A DNA stretch of 64,000 nt from a gamma proteobacterium endosymbiont of Lamellibrachia anaximandri. Its GTDB lineage: Bacteria; Pseudomonadota; Gammaproteobacteria; Chromatiales; Chromatiaceae. Positions within the stretch are counted from its first letter, which is position 1. Each line of letters starts with the position of its first letter. Positions 39,897 through 50,966 of this stretch are shown one piece after another. The notes under the pieces were generated by a model. It searched no databases, had not been told where the DNA came from, and was given only the letters and a program-made list of their open reading frames with translations. Position numbers and translations under genes: made by a program. Where the stretch lies: NCBI GenBank assembly GCA_016756835.1, contig JAESPE010000001.1:16732-80731 (forward strand), given 5' to 3'.

Positions 39897-41623
39897 CCCT
39901 CTCCTGCCACGGGATCGGTATCGCAGCCTCTCGGGAGGTGGCCATCGGCCAGGCCTTCCTGCTGCAACAAGGCTTTCTTGAGATCGTTCCCCGCACTATC
40001 CCGGCTTCTGAGGTCGAAAAAGAGACAACCCGCTTCAATCAGGCGCTGGCGCATGCCAAAGAGGAGCTACAGCGCGTCCATCAACACATCCCGTCCGACA
40101 CTGCCCAAGACATAAGCTCCTTCATCGAAACACACCTCCTGATGATGGAGGATTCGGCAATCAGCAAGGCACCGATCACTCTGATCCAGCAACAATACTT
40201 TGCCGCCGAGTGGGCGCTACAGGTGCGCCGGGACGAACTGGTGCGGGTCTTCGATGAGATGGATGACCCCTACCTGCGCACACGCAAGGATGATGTGGAC
40301 CACGTCGTGGGGCAGATTCAGCGCGCCCTGCAGGGCACAGGCCATCCAGACAGGCAAAGCCTGCGGGGGCGAATCGTCGTCGCCCGGGATCTTACGCCCT
40401 CCGACATCATCATGCTGAAACACCAGGGCATCGCTGCATTCGTCACCGAATACGGCGGACCACTCTCCCATACGGCCATTCTGGCCCGCAGCCTGGGTAT
40501 TCCCGCCATACTGGGCATACGCCACGCCAGTCAACTGCTGCAACACGATGAGGTGCTGGTGGTGGACGGTAGCCAGGGCATTGTCTTAGCTAACCCTACC
40601 GACCCCATTCTGCAACATTTCCAACAACGCATCAGCCAGCGGGAAGCACGGGAAGCAGAGTTACGGCTCGGCATCGATCTTCCGGCGGTCACCCTCGACG
40701 GCACACAGATCAGTCTGTTGGCAAATATTGAACTGCCTGAGGACATCGCAACAACGCTTGAAAATCGGGCAGACGGGGTCGGGCTTTTCCGTACAGAATT
40801 TCTCTACATGAACCGCCCCGCTCCACCGGAAGAGGAGGAGCAGCTCACTGCTTATCTCGACGCTGTGAGAGGACTTCAGGGCAGACTTCTCACCATTCGC
40901 ACCCTTGATCTTGGAGTAGACAAGACCCTGGAAAGCAACGGTGTCAGTTACCTGCCCGCAGCAAACCCGGCCCTGGGTCTGCGCGCGATCAGACTCTGCC
41001 TGAAAGAGCCGGGACTCTTCCTGCCCCAGCTGCGGGCCATCCTGCGTGCTTCCGACGAAGGACCCGTGCGCCTCATGATCCCTATGCTCTCAAGTCTTGC
41101 TGAGGTGAATGAAGTTCTGAAAATCATCGAACAGACCAAACAGGCCCTGCAAAAGGAGGGGCTGGCCTTCGACCCGGAGATACCGGTCGGCGGCATGATC
41201 GAAATCCCAGCCGCAGCCATCTCAGCCCAGGCATTCGCCCGCAAACTGGACTTCCTCTCTATCGGCACCAACGATCTGATTCAGTACACGCTAGCCGTCG
41301 ACCGCATGGACGAGGAGGTCAACTTCCTGTTCGACCCACTTCACCCTGCCGTGCTGCACCTGATTGCCCTTACCATCAGCGCCGCCAAGCAAAACAATAT
41401 CCCGGTCAGCATGTGCGGCGAAATGGCTGGCGACCCGCTGTTTACCCGGCTGCTGTTGGGTATGGGACTGACCGAGCTGAGCATGCAGCCCGGCGCCCTG
41501 CTGGAGAGCCGCGAGGTGGTGCGCAACAGTCATCTGCCGGAACTCTCAAAGCGTGCCGCCAGCTTCATAGAGCGTCTGGATCACGAGGCACCACTGGCAC
41601 TATTCGAAGAACTGTTTAGCTAG
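39893..41623 (+). CDS. ptsI: Phosphoenolpyruvate-protein phosphotransferase (Enzyme I)
   Basis: GGPLSHTAILARSLGIPA (active His), GLFRTEFLYM and IGTNDLIQYTLAVDR. GTG start overlapping the HPr stop. Confidence 0.93.
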   Translation: MTLSCHGIGIAASREVAIGQAFLLQQGFLEIVPRTIPASEVEKETTRFNQALAHAKEELQRVHQHIPSDTAQDISSFIETHLLMMEDSAISKAPITLIQQQYFAAEWALQVRRDELVRVFDEMDDPYLRTRKDDVDHVVGQIQRALQGTGHPDRQSLRGRIVVARDLTPSDIIMLKHQGIAAFVTEYGGPLSHTAILARSLGIPAILGIRHASQLLQHDEVLVVDGSQGIVLANPTDPILQHFQQRISQREAREAELRLGIDLPAVTLDGTQISLLANIELPEDIATTLENRADGVGLFRTEFLYMNRPAPPEEEEQLTAYLDAVRGLQGRLLTIRTLDLGVDKTLESNGVSYLPAANPALGLRAIRLCLKEPGLFLPQLRAILRASDEGPVRLMIPMLSSLAEVNEVLKIIEQTKQALQKEGLAFDPEIPVGGMIEIPAAAISAQAFARKLDFLSIGTNDLIQYTLAVDRMDEEVNFLFDPLHPAVLHLIALTISAAKQNNIPVSMCGEMAGDPLFTRLLLGMGLTELSMQPGALLESREVVRNSHLPELSKRAASFIERLDHEAPLALFEELFS

Positions 41624-41717
41624 TACCTCAAGTTTCGGAGTTCGTGGTGATGCTTGGCATGGGGTAGGGCTTCTCTAAATGTGACGAACGTAGGGTGCGC
41701 CATGCGCACCATGATTG

Positions 41718-43052
41718 CTATTGCCCCGCAATCATCATGTGGTCGATCAGCCAGGAACCGGTCTGTACGCTGGTACGAGTCTCCACATCACAACCAATCT
41801 CCTGGAGTCCCAGCATCATCTCCTTCAAGTTGCCGGCGATAGTGATCTCCTCCACCGGATACTGGATCTCTCCACCCTCCACCCAAAAACCGGCGGCGCC
41901 ACGGGAGTAGTCACCGGTTACCGTGTTGACACCCTGTCCCATCAGCTCGGTCACCAGCAAACCACGGCCCATCTTTTTCAACAGTCCCTGACGATCCAGG
42001 CTCCCACTGGTAGTGCGCAGATTATGTACACCGCCGGCATTGCCGGTGCTCTGCATGTCCATCTTTCGAGCAGCGTAACTATCCAGCAGATAACCGCGCA
42101 GGATACCGTCGCTGACAAAATCCTGCTCACGGGTCGCCACACCTTCACTGTCGAAGGCGGCGCTGCCCAAGCCACGGGGCAGATAAGGCATCTCATGAAT
42201 TCTGACGAATTCCGGAAAGACCCGCTGATCCAGATGATCCAGCAGAAAACTGGCTTTGCGATAGAGCGCCGACCCACGGATCGCACCCAGGAAACTGCGC
42301 AGCAACCCAACCGCCACATCGGCCTGGAACAGTACCGGCGCCTCACCGGTGGCGATCCGACGCGCACCCAGACGAGAGACCGTTCGCTCTGCCGCAATCC
42401 GGCCCACCATCTCCGGTGTTTCCAGATCTTCATGACGGCGCGACTGGCTGTACCAGTAGTCCCGCTGCATGCTGTCACCATCCTGTCCCACCACGGCACA
42501 GCTCATGCTGTGGCGGGAGGAGGGGTAGCCGCTGATGAAGCCGTGGCTGTTGCCATAGACATGCAGCCCGGCATGGCTGTCGACGCCGGCTCCCTCGGAA
42601 TTGACGATGCGCGAATCCTGATCACGTGCCGCCGCTTCACAGGTCTGAGCCAGTTCGATGGCTTCATCGACACTCTGATCCCAGGGGTGATAGAGGTCAA
42701 GGTCCGGCAGGTCAGTTGCCATAAGATCCGCGTCAGCCAGACCAGAGCAATCATCTTCCGATGTATAGCGGGCGAAATTGCAGGCCGCCCGCACCGTCTC
42801 CCGCACCGCCTCGGGACTCAGGTCTGAGGTGTTGGCGGAACCCTTGCGCTGCCCAAAATAGACCGTCACGCCAAGACCACTGTCCCTGGTGTGCTCGATG
42901 GTTTCCGGCTCACCCATACGCACGTTCAGGGAGAGTCCGGCGTCACTGCTCACCCCAGCCTCTGCCGCGCTGGCGCCCTGAGCTTTCGCCTCCTGCAGTA
43001 TGTCAGCAACCAGCTGTTGCAGCCGCGCCTGGCGCTCTTTTATATCGTTCAT
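41718..43052 (-). CDS. pmbA: Metalloprotease PmbA (TldE)
   Basis: 444 aa, PmbA/TldD fold. Adjacent to tldD. Confidence 0.9.
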   Translation of the reverse strand: MNDIKERQARLQQLVADILQEAKAQGASAAEAGVSSDAGLSLNVRMGEPETIEHTRDSGLGVTVYFGQRKGSANTSDLSPEAVRETVRAACNFARYTSEDDCSGLADADLMATDLPDLDLYHPWDQSVDEAIELAQTCEAAARDQDSRIVNSEGAGVDSHAGLHVYGNSHGFISGYPSSRHSMSCAVVGQDGDSMQRDYWYSQSRRHEDLETPEMVGRIAAERTVSRLGARRIATGEAPVLFQADVAVGLLRSFLGAIRGSALYRKASFLLDHLDQRVFPEFVRIHEMPYLPRGLGSAAFDSEGVATREQDFVSDGILRGYLLDSYAARKMDMQSTGNAGGVHNLRTTSGSLDRQGLLKKMGRGLLVTELMGQGVNTVTGDYSRGAAGFWVEGGEIQYPVEEITIAGNLKEMMLGLQEIGCDVETRTSVQTGSWLIDHMMIAGQ

Positions 43053-43060
43053 AATCTCTC

Positions 43061-44503
43061 TTAGACCCCGGTGCCGCCGACGGTCAGTTCATCGATACGC
43101 AGGGTCGGTTGCCCAACGCCTACCGGCACGCTCTGCCCCTCCTTGCCGCAGACGCCGACCCCTTGGTCCAGCGCCAGGTCGTTGCCCACCATACTGATCT
43201 GCAGCATGGCTTCAGGGCCGTTGCCGATCAGTGTCGCACCCTTTACCGGCGTAGTGACCTTGCCGTTCTCGATCAGGTAGGCCTCGCTGGCGGAGAAGAC
43301 AAAACGACCGGAGGTGATATCCACCTGACCACCACCAAAATTGACGGCATATAGCCCCTTGTCCACTGAGGCGATGATCTCCTGCGGGTCGTAGCTGCCG
43401 GGCAGCATGTAGGTGTTGGTCATCCGCGGCAGCGGCAGGTGGGCATAGGATTCACGCCGCCCGTTGCCGGTGGACTCGACGCCCATCAAACGTGCGTTGT
43501 GTTTGTCCTGCAGGTACCCCTTGAGCACGCCATCTTCGATCAACACCGTGTTCTGGCTCTCGGTCCCCTCATCATCGACACTGAGTGAGCCGCGGCGACC
43601 CGGCAGGGTGCCGTCATCAACCACCGTGCAGCTGGATGACGCCACCTTCTCGCCGATACGTCCGCTAAAAGCAGAGGTGCCCTTGCGATTAAAGTCCCCT
43701 TCGAGTCCATGTCCAACCGCCTCATGCAGCAGGACACCGGGCCAGCCGGGGCCCAGCACCACCGGCATGGTGCCTGCCGGTGCATCCACAGCCTCCAGAT
43801 TGACCAGTGCCTGGCGCACCGCCTCACGGGCAAAACCCAGCGCCCGCTCCTCATCGAGCAGAAATTGAAAACTCTCTCTGGCACCGCCTCCGCTGCTGCC
43901 TTGTTCCCGCCGCTCACCCTGTTCGACGATGACATGGACGTTCAGCCGCACCAGGGGCCGTACATCCGCACTCAGGGTGCCGTCTGTTGCCGCGACCATC
44001 ATTACATCATGGGCGCCCACCAGACTGACCATAACCTGCTTCACGCGGCTGTCCTGTTTGCGCGCCTCCGCATCCACCCGCCGCAGCAGTTCCACCTTTT
44101 CCGATTCAGTGAGGCTGATCAACGGGTTGATCGGCTGGTAGAGTTGGCGGACCGGTGTCAACCCCGCCACTTTCACCGTTCCGGCACCACCACTGCGCGT
44201 GATGGCGCGGGCTGCACGAGCGGCATCGATCAGGGGGGTGAGATGTAACTCATCCGAATAGGCAAATCCGGTCTTCTCCCCGCTGATGGCGCGAATTCCG
44301 GCACCCTGTTCAATGCTGTGAGAACCCTCCTTGATGATGCCATCTTCCAGCATCCAGGACTCCAGCCGACTGGACTGGAAATAGATATCTGCGGCGTCGA
44401 TACCACCTCCCACGAGCTCTCCCAGCATCCGGTCCAGATCGGACTCTCCCAAACCGGTTGGGGCTAGCAGGGTTTCATGGGCTATTTGTATCAGATCGGA
44501 CAT
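43061..44503 (-). CDS. tldD: Metalloprotease TldD
   Basis: 480 aa. The [12 protein letters not shown] zinc motif. Confidence 0.94.
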   Translation of the reverse strand: MSDLIQIAHETLLAPTGLGESDLDRMLGELVGGGIDAADIYFQSSRLESWMLEDGIIKEGSHSIEQGAGIRAISGEKTGFAYSDELHLTPLIDAARAARAITRSGGAGTVKVAGLTPVRQLYQPINPLISLTESEKVELLRRVDAEARKQDSRVKQVMVSLVGAHDVMMVAATDGTLSADVRPLVRLNVHVIVEQGERREQGSSGGGARESFQFLLDEERALGFAREAVRQALVNLEAVDAPAGTMPVVLGPGWPGVLLHEAVGHGLEGDFNRKGTSAFSGRIGEKVASSSCTVVDDGTLPGRRGSLSVDDEGTESQNTVLIEDGVLKGYLQDKHNARLMGVESTGNGRRESYAHLPLPRMTNTYMLPGSYDPQEIIASVDKGLYAVNFGGGQVDITSGRFVFSASEAYLIENGKVTTPVKGATLIGNGPEAMLQISMVGNDLALDQGVGVCGKEGQSVPVGVGQPTLRIDELTVGGTGV

Positions 44504-44629
44504 AGCGACTCAGCCAGTCCCGAAAGGCTCGGGACTGGTAATTAAAAGTGGGTGATTAGGGCATCTCTGAAGCTTGTCATTTTGAGCACAGCGAGATGAC
44601 TGTCAGAGTTTCTTTGAACAACGACACTA

Positions 44630-45460
44630 TCAATCGAGTTTTACCCGACGATGGTCGATGGTGGGAAAAGTGCGGCGAATGGTTCGTTGGTACTCCCGGT
44701 CCAACTCGCAGCTGACAAAACCGGTTCCTCTGGGCACCTGTGCCAGGACACTTCCCCAAGGGTCGACGATCATGCTGTGGCCGTGGGTTTCGCGTCCATT
44801 GACGTGATAGCCACCCTGGGCTGCCGCCACCACGAAGGCCAGATTTTCAATAGCGCGGGCGCGTACCAGCGTCTCCCAGTGAGCCCTGCCGGTAATTGCA
44901 GTGAAAGCAGAGGGCACCACAAAGACTTCCGCCCCCATGTCGAGCATCTTGCGGAAAAGTTCGGGAAAGCGGAGATCATAGCAAACCGCTACACCGAGAC
45001 GCCCGAAAGGGCTATCGATCACCACCGCCTGCTCACCCGGCTCAATGGTATTGGACTCAACGTAGCGCTCATCCGCTTCCACCAGATGTACATCGAACAG
45101 ATGAATCTTGTCGTAACGGGCCGCCTGTTCACCCTGATCATCATAGACCAGTGCAGCCGACTTCACCTTCGCGCCATCAACCGCCCGCATGGGGATGGTG
45201 CCCCCAACGATCCAGACACCATAGCGACGCGATATCTGGGCAATAAAGTTCTGCAGGGGGCCGTCGCCCTCGTCTTCACACAGCGTACACATATCCCGGT
45301 CGCGCTCGCCCATGAAGGCGAAATTCTCCGGTAGCACGACCAATTCGGCGCCACTTTCGGCCGCCTCGCTGATATGCCGCTCCGCCTCCAGCAGATTGGC
45401 ACTGACGTTGGGACTGGTTGCCATCTGGATGGCAGCGACTTTTGTCTTCTCTTCTGACAT
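44630..45460 (-). CDS. Carbon-nitrogen hydrolase (nitrilase superfamily, Nit-like)
   Basis: VVLPENF (Glu), the Lys region, and the catalytic Cys in VAVCYDLRFPELF. Confidence 0.87.
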   Translation of the reverse strand: MSEEKTKVAAIQMATSPNVSANLLEAERHISEAAESGAELVVLPENFAFMGERDRDMCTLCEDEGDGPLQNFIAQISRRYGVWIVGGTIPMRAVDGAKVKSAALVYDDQGEQAARYDKIHLFDVHLVEADERYVESNTIEPGEQAVVIDSPFGRLGVAVCYDLRFPELFRKMLDMGAEVFVVPSAFTAITGRAHWETLVRARAIENLAFVVAAAQGGYHVNGRETHGHSMIVDPWGSVLAQVPRGTGFVSCELDREYQRTIRRTFPTIDHRRVKLD

Positions 45461-45562
45461 CTTTTCCCTTTAACTGCAAACGAGCAGCGCACCTGCCTAC
45501 CCTTGAAAAAAGAGGTGCAGAATAGCATCAATAACAGTAATTGAGCTAGCCCAGACCCTTGG

Positions 45563-48500
45563 CTACTGCTCGAACAGCTCCAAGCCCTCCTTTGGCGCGG
45601 CGCCCTCTTCCTCTGATCCATCTGCAGCCAATTTGCGTGGAATCCGCTGCATTGTGGGGTTGTCCCAACCGCCCGACACCTTGTACTCAACCTGGGCGAT
45701 GCGATCCATCTCGCTGCCAAACAGTTGCTGCGCAAACACAAGCGCCACTCCGACCGTCGGGTTGATCGCCAGTGCGCCCACCAGCGGCAGACTGGCAGAG
45801 AGCCTGGGAATCACTTTTACCGTCTGCTCGTAGTCCTGAGCCCTGAGGCCTGTACGTCCGTGCATCTCGATTGTTGCCTCCGGTCCCTTTAGCATGAAAT
45901 TATCGGTATAGGCGTTGCCATCCCGCAGATTGAAGGTACCGGTGATACTGTCAAAATAGAGTCCTTTGCTGAAGACGCCGCTAAAATCCGACGAGAGACG
46001 TTTGCTCAGCGTATTGAGGCTGAAGAGAGAGATCACCTTTCCGACACCGAGACCCACATCCGGCACCGCTCCCTCCCCAATCTTCAGGGAGAGAAAACCG
46101 TTCAACCGGTCCAAAGAGAAATTCATGGGACTCTCCGGCCAGTTCAGATCGATCTCCGCATCCACAGCAGCCTTCTGCACGGCGGTTTTGAACCCAAGAT
46201 CACGCAATACCTCCCCCAGGCTCTTCAGATGCCCCCGCAGTTCCAGCGCCGTGCTGTCCTCAGACCCTATGCGGTACCAGTAGCCACTGCCTTCGAGACT
46301 GAGTGCATCACCGTTCAAGGATAGCTGACTGATCCTGACGCCACGGGGCACATGATCCCAATGTAATAGCGCTGTCCCCAAGGGTTGGCCATTGACCTCC
46401 AACGACTCGATGGAGAGCTCCAGAGGCGGCAGATTGCGCGGGTCGATATCCAATCCTTTTGCGCTAGCTGTCGCCGCAGAGTGGGTAGCCTCCATCTCCA
46501 GCACCACACGATCGAACTCCCCTCGCACCGGCAGGTTCTTCCCCGCTTGCGGGATCAAGAGCGCACCCTTGACCGTGTCGGAATCGATGGTCAACCGCCA
46601 ACAGTCAAAAAGCGGGGTCGCCGTTATCCTGGCATTCGGACAGACATTTCCCGCCAGCTGCATCTGTTCAACCGAGAGGTCCAGTGACTTGAGATGCGGG
46701 TCCTCACCCACTGCCTCAGGCCCCAGACTCTCCGCCCAACGCAACCAGGCATCCGCATCCAGTGCATCCAACGAGCCACGCAGCCTGAAGCCCTCATATC
46801 CGGGAAGTGAAAGTGCGCCGCCACCCAACAGAAGATCACCCCGCTCAAAACCCCGGCTCGATTGCTGCACCAATGCGCTGAACAGCCCGGCATAGGCCAG
46901 ATACACCTCTTGCCGATCTTCCTGGAGAAAATCGATCTTCAACTCGAAGTCGCGGGCGACATCGGCAGTTTTTCCCAGCGGGGAGGGAAGCGGAATCGAC
47001 ACACCCCGCAGATCCGATGTCACCCGCAGTCGCAGTGGCGCCTCTGCCCCCCCATCATGGGCGACATCGAGTTGCATGGTACCTTCGACCTTGCCGGCAA
47101 GCCCGCCCAATCCCTGACCGGGATAGCGGCGATCCAGGTCGGCAACAGAGATCGCGCCGACCGTTGTGATCGATGTCCATGTTGCTTCGTCCTGCTCACG
47201 GGTCGCCAGTGCAATCTGTACCGGCTCTCCCAACAAGGTTGCCGTGAGTGCTTCGGCCCGGATACTCCGATGATCAAAATCCAGGCGTCCCTGCAACCCT
47301 TCGAGGATGACATCCCAGGAGGCAATCTTCAGCCCGGCATCCCGCCAAACCACGCTGCCATCGAGACGGAAGGGATCTTTGTCCAGCAGGGGCACATTGA
47401 AATCGATCACAACATCACTCTCGCCCTGCCCCTCCATGAGCGAAACAAAGCGGCCAAACTGCGCCCGCAACGGCGTCTCGCCGAGGATACGCAGCGCATC
47501 GCTGAAATCTCCGCGCATCTCTCCTTTGATCTCTACCGGGGAGGCACCGGAGAGATTGCGGATCTTTGCTTGCGCACGTTTGACACGGCTCTCCAGCAAC
47601 AGGCCGTCGAATACAGTGATATCCAGGCTGTTGTTGATAAAGTGGACCTCCGCCACGCCCTCCTCTATCCGGGGCCAGTCCGGCATATAGTCCAGCACCA
47701 TTTCCTCGACACCGAACACCACCTCAAAACGTCCGTCCTGCCGCTCGAACGGGAATTGCTCCAAAGGTCCATAAAGAAGAAATGAACCGGCTGTTACATG
47801 TCCGGAAACAAGCGACCTATCGAGCCAATCCACCAGGGGAGCCGGCATCACGCCAACGGGAAGGCAGAGGCTCTTGTGGGCACCGTCGCCCTCCCAGAAA
47901 TCGGTCTGGATATCGGTGACTGGAGTTGAGCCATCCACCGGCACGCGTAGATCCAGACGGCTCAGGGTACTTACATGGGAGTTTGAGACGTACAAGTCTT
48001 GTGTGCTCAACCGCACCTCCTGACCGGGAGTCCACCACCAGTCAAAATATCCCTGAAGGTGGTCGGCGCTCAAGGGGTCACGAAACAGCACGGGGAATTC
48101 GGCGGTAAATGCATCCGAATCCAGCAATAACGAACCACCATCCTGGTCGCCATTGAAGTCGATCCTGAGCCCTTCCAGGCCTGGAATCACCTGCCAGGGG
48201 CGATTCTCAAATCGAGTCAGCCGTCCACTGATCCGCCAGCGGGGATCCGCTTCCGGCGGTATCTCCAGCGCCATTCGAAAATTGGTCAGATGCCCCTTGG
48301 GTGCGAGCGTCAAAATCGCCTTTCCCTCGTCGCTCTCGGCAAAAGGGGTCAAGGCGAATAACTGAACCAGCCTCTGCAACGACAGGTAATCGGCGCCTAT
48401 ACCCAGTTGAGCCAGGCCATCTGCTGCGCTGATCCATTCAACACTGACACGTCCCGGCGGCCAAAGCTGATTCTTATCCAGCAACACCAGCTGATGCAGA

Positions 48501-49444
48501 TCGAGTCGGCCACCCCCTTCACGCCACGACCAGTCGAAGCGGGTACTGAGGTTTTCGATGCTCAGTTCTCTGGCTGTCTCTTCATCCCTGAGTTGCAGAT
48601 TCTGCAGACTCAGCCCACCCTGCAGTCGCGCCAATCGCCCCTTGCCTAGATCGACCCATAGCTCCAAGTCGAGCGCTCCCGAGTCCAGTTTGGAGGGGCT
48701 GGGCAGGCGACTGGACAACAGGTTCTGCAGCGCCAACCCTTCGGCTTTCAGGTAGATTTGACCAAACCAGTCGGGTTTATCCCCGGCCCGCTCCTGCAGA
48801 TCTGCCTGCAGTCTAAAACGCCCCGAGCCGGTACCATCTATCCTCGCATTCGCGGTTATCTGGTGATGGTTGCCGTCATTCTGCAGCGTGACATCCACGT
48901 TGAGCAGTCGCAACGGCGGCCCTTTGTCGCCCTCATCCCGCCAATAGATTTCACTATCGACCAATCGCAGCCGACTGCGGCGAAGGAAGAGAGAGGCGAT
49001 GGAGGAGCCTCCCTCCTGGTGCTGAGTCTCAAACCCTTCCAGAGAGACCGAGCCATCCTGGCGGTGCAAAAGCAACAACTGCGTCCCATGCAGCTCTCCC
49101 GCCCCCAACCGCAGGGAGCCGTCCCAGAGGCTGTGCAGAATTTCGATATCGACATGTGCCTTGCGCAGATGAAGTTTGACACCGCCCGTCTCGGGATCCT
49201 TCAAGGTTACATCGTGCAATACAAGCGCCAAATGTACCCCATGCAGATCGGCGTTCAGGTGCCCGATATGGATCGGCATTCCCGCCGTCTCGCTGATAAG
49301 CTCCGCGATGGTATCCCGGTATTCATCCAGGTCCATCATGGGAAGCAGCAGCCGCACCGCAGTTATCAACACTGCGATAATGATGATCGCCCTGTTGGTC
49401 AGGCGATGCAGTCTTGCTGCCAGCGATTTGGTGAGGTGCCACAT
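45563..49444 (-). CDS. yhdP: YhdP-family (AsmA-like) large inner-membrane protein
   Basis: 1293 aa with an N-terminal TM. Position between rng and tldD as in E. coli. C-terminal AsmA2-like region. Confidence 0.83.
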   Translation of the reverse strand: MWHLTKSLAARLHRLTNRAIIIIAVLITAVRLLLPMMDLDEYRDTIAELISETAGMPIHIGHLNADLHGVHLALVLHDVTLKDPETGGVKLHLRKAHVDIEILHSLWDGSLRLGAGELHGTQLLLLHRQDGSVSLEGFETQHQEGGSSIASLFLRRSRLRLVDSEIYWRDEGDKGPPLRLLNVDVTLQNDGNHHQITANARIDGTGSGRFRLQADLQERAGDKPDWFGQIYLKAEGLALQNLLSSRLPSPSKLDSGALDLELWVDLGKGRLARLQGGLSLQNLQLRDEETARELSIENLSTRFDWSWREGGGRLDLHQLVLLDKNQLWPPGRVSVEWISAADGLAQLGIGADYLSLQRLVQLFALTPFAESDEGKAILTLAPKGHLTNFRMALEIPPEADPRWRISGRLTRFENRPWQVIPGLEGLRIDFNGDQDGGSLLLDSDAFTAEFPVLFRDPLSADHLQGYFDWWWTPGQEVRLSTQDLYVSNSHVSTLSRLDLRVPVDGSTPVTDIQTDFWEGDGAHKSLCLPVGVMPAPLVDWLDRSLVSGHVTAGSFLLYGPLEQFPFERQDGRFEVVFGVEEMVLDYMPDWPRIEEGVAEVHFINNSLDITVFDGLLLESRVKRAQAKIRNLSGASPVEIKGEMRGDFSDALRILGETPLRAQFGRFVSLMEGQGESDVVIDFNVPLLDKDPFRLDGSVVWRDAGLKIASWDVILEGLQGRLDFDHRSIRAEALTATLLGEPVQIALATREQDEATWTSITTVGAISVADLDRRYPGQGLGGLAGKVEGTMQLDVAHDGGAEAPLRLRVTSDLRGVSIPLPSPLGKTADVARDFELKIDFLQEDRQEVYLAYAGLFSALVQQSSRGFERGDLLLGGGALSLPGYEGFRLRGSLDALDADAWLRWAESLGPEAVGEDPHLKSLDLSVEQMQLAGNVCPNARITATPLFDCWRLTIDSDTVKGALLIPQAGKNLPVRGEFDRVVLEMEATHSAATASAKGLDIDPRNLPPLELSIESLEVNGQPLGTALLHWDHVPRGVRISQLSLNGDALSLEGSGYWYRIGSEDSTALELRGHLKSLGEVLRDLGFKTAVQKAAVDAEIDLNWPESPMNFSLDRLNGFLSLKIGEGAVPDVGLGVGKVISLFSLNTLSKRLSSDFSGVFSKGLYFDSITGTFNLRDGNAYTDNFMLKGPEATIEMHGRTGLRAQDYEQTVKVIPRLSASLPLVGALAINPTVGVALVFAQQLFGSEMDRIAQVEYKVSGGWDNPTMQRIPRKLAADGSEEEGAAPKEGLELFEQ

Positions 49445-49475
49445 AAAAAATCGTGATTCGTGTTGTGCTTCGGCG

Positions 49476-50966
49476 TCAGATCAGCACCACGTCATAGTAC
49501 TCCTGGCTATAGAGCGACTCCGCCTGCAAGCGGATGGGACGTTTGATGAACTGTTCGAGTTCGGCAAAATTCGCGGCCTCCTCGTCCAGCAAACGGTCGA
49601 TCACCTCCTGTGAAGCGAGTACCAGCAGCGACTCGACATCGAACTGGCGGGCTTCGCGCAAAATCTCACGAAAAATCTCGTAGCAAATAGTCTCGGCAGT
49701 CTTCAGCGACCCCCGGCCACCACAACAGGGACAGGTTTCACAAAGTATATGCTCCAGGGACTCACGAATTCTTTTGCGAGTCATCTCCACCAGCCCCAGA
49801 GAAGAGACTTCGGATATATGGGTGCGCGCATGATCCTTGGCCAGGCTCTTCTCCAGCGCACGCAGTACTTGGCGCCGATGCTCCACAACGCTCATGTCGA
49901 TAAAATCGATAATGATGATACCGCCCAGATTGCGCAGCTTCAGATGACGGCAGATCGCCTGCGCGGCCTCCAGGTTGGTTTTAAAGATGGTCTCTTCCAG
50001 GTTGCGATGTCCGACAAAGGCCCCGGTATTCACGTCGATGGTGGTCATCGCCTCGGTCTGATCGATCACCAGGTGGCCGCCGGACTTGAGTTGAACCTTA
50101 CGCTCGAGGGATTTCTGAATCTCATCCTCCACGCCGTACAGATCAAAAATCGGACGCTCACCGGGATAGTATTCGATGCATTTTTTGATCTCAGGGATAT
50201 AACGCTGGGCAAACTCGATAGCGCGCTGGTGGGTGGAGCGGGAGTCGACCCGCACCTTCTCCACATCCGGTCCCACCAGATCTCTCAAGGCACGCAGCGC
50301 CAGTGGCAGGTCTTCGTGTACCAGTTCAATCTTGCCGGCGCCCTTACTGCGCTCCTGAATCGATTCCCACAGGCGCGCCAGAAAATGCATATCGGTCTTC
50401 ATCGGTTCATTCGGCACCCCTTCCGCTGCGGTCCGGGCGATATAACCGCCACCGATTTCAGATTGCTCCAGAAAGCTGCTCAGCAGATCCCGCAGGCGCT
50501 GACGCTCATTCTCATCCTCGATCTTCTGCGAGATGCCCACATTGCCAAGCCCGGGCATGAAAACGAGATAGCGCGAAGGAATGGATATATTGGTCGTCAG
50601 ACGCGCGCCCTTGGTCCCCAGCGGGTCTTTGAACACCTGCACGGTAACCATCTGCCCCTCTCGCAGGAGTTCACAGATATTGTCGCTGCGCTCCTCACCA
50701 TTCGGGCTGGGGGAACCGATATCCGAGGCGTGCAGAAAGGCGGCCCGTCCCAGCCCCACGTCCACAAAAGCTGCCTGCATGCCAGGCAGCACCCGGCAGA
50801 CCTTGCCCCGATAGATATTCCCCACCAGACCGCGATTGCCGGTCCGTTCGATGACAATCTCCTGTACGACACCGTTTTCAATCACTGCGACCCGGGTCTC
50901 GGGCGGGGTGACATTAATCAGGATCTCTTCACTCATGGATTCTTTTTTCTCTGTCATTTTTATCAC
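49476..50966 (-). CDS. rng: Ribonuclease G
   Basis: S1 domain GNIYRGKVCRVLPGMQAAFVDVG, and IIIDFIDM. The true start may be the internal MSEEIL at 50936. Confidence 0.92.
   Translation of the reverse strand: MIKMTEKKESMSEEILINVTPPETRVAVIENGVVQEIVIERTGNRGLVGNIYRGKVCRVLPGMQAAFVDVGLGRAAFLHASDIGSPSPNGEERSDNICELLREGQMVTVQVFKDPLGTKGARLTTNISIPSRYLVFMPGLGNVGISQKIEDENERQRLRDLLSSFLEQSEIGGGYIARTAAEGVPNEPMKTDMHFLARLWESIQERSKGAGKIELVHEDLPLALRALRDLVGPDVEKVRVDSRSTHQRAIEFAQRYIPEIKKCIEYYPGERPIFDLYGVEDEIQKSLERKVQLKSGGHLVIDQTEAMTTIDVNTGAFVGHRNLEETIFKTNLEAAQAICRHLKLRNLGGIIIIDFIDMSVVEHRRQVLRALEKSLAKDHARTHISEVSSLGLVEMTRKRIRESLEHILCETCPCCGGRGSLKTAETICYEIFREILREARQFDVESLLVLASQEVIDRLLDEEAANFAELEQFIKRPIRLQAESLYSQEYYDVVLI

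Noticed and set aside
41715-42827. 370-aa ORF on the + strand
   Set aside because: It is antisense to pmbA, has no recognisable motifs, and has a Gln/Thr/His-rich, low-information composition.
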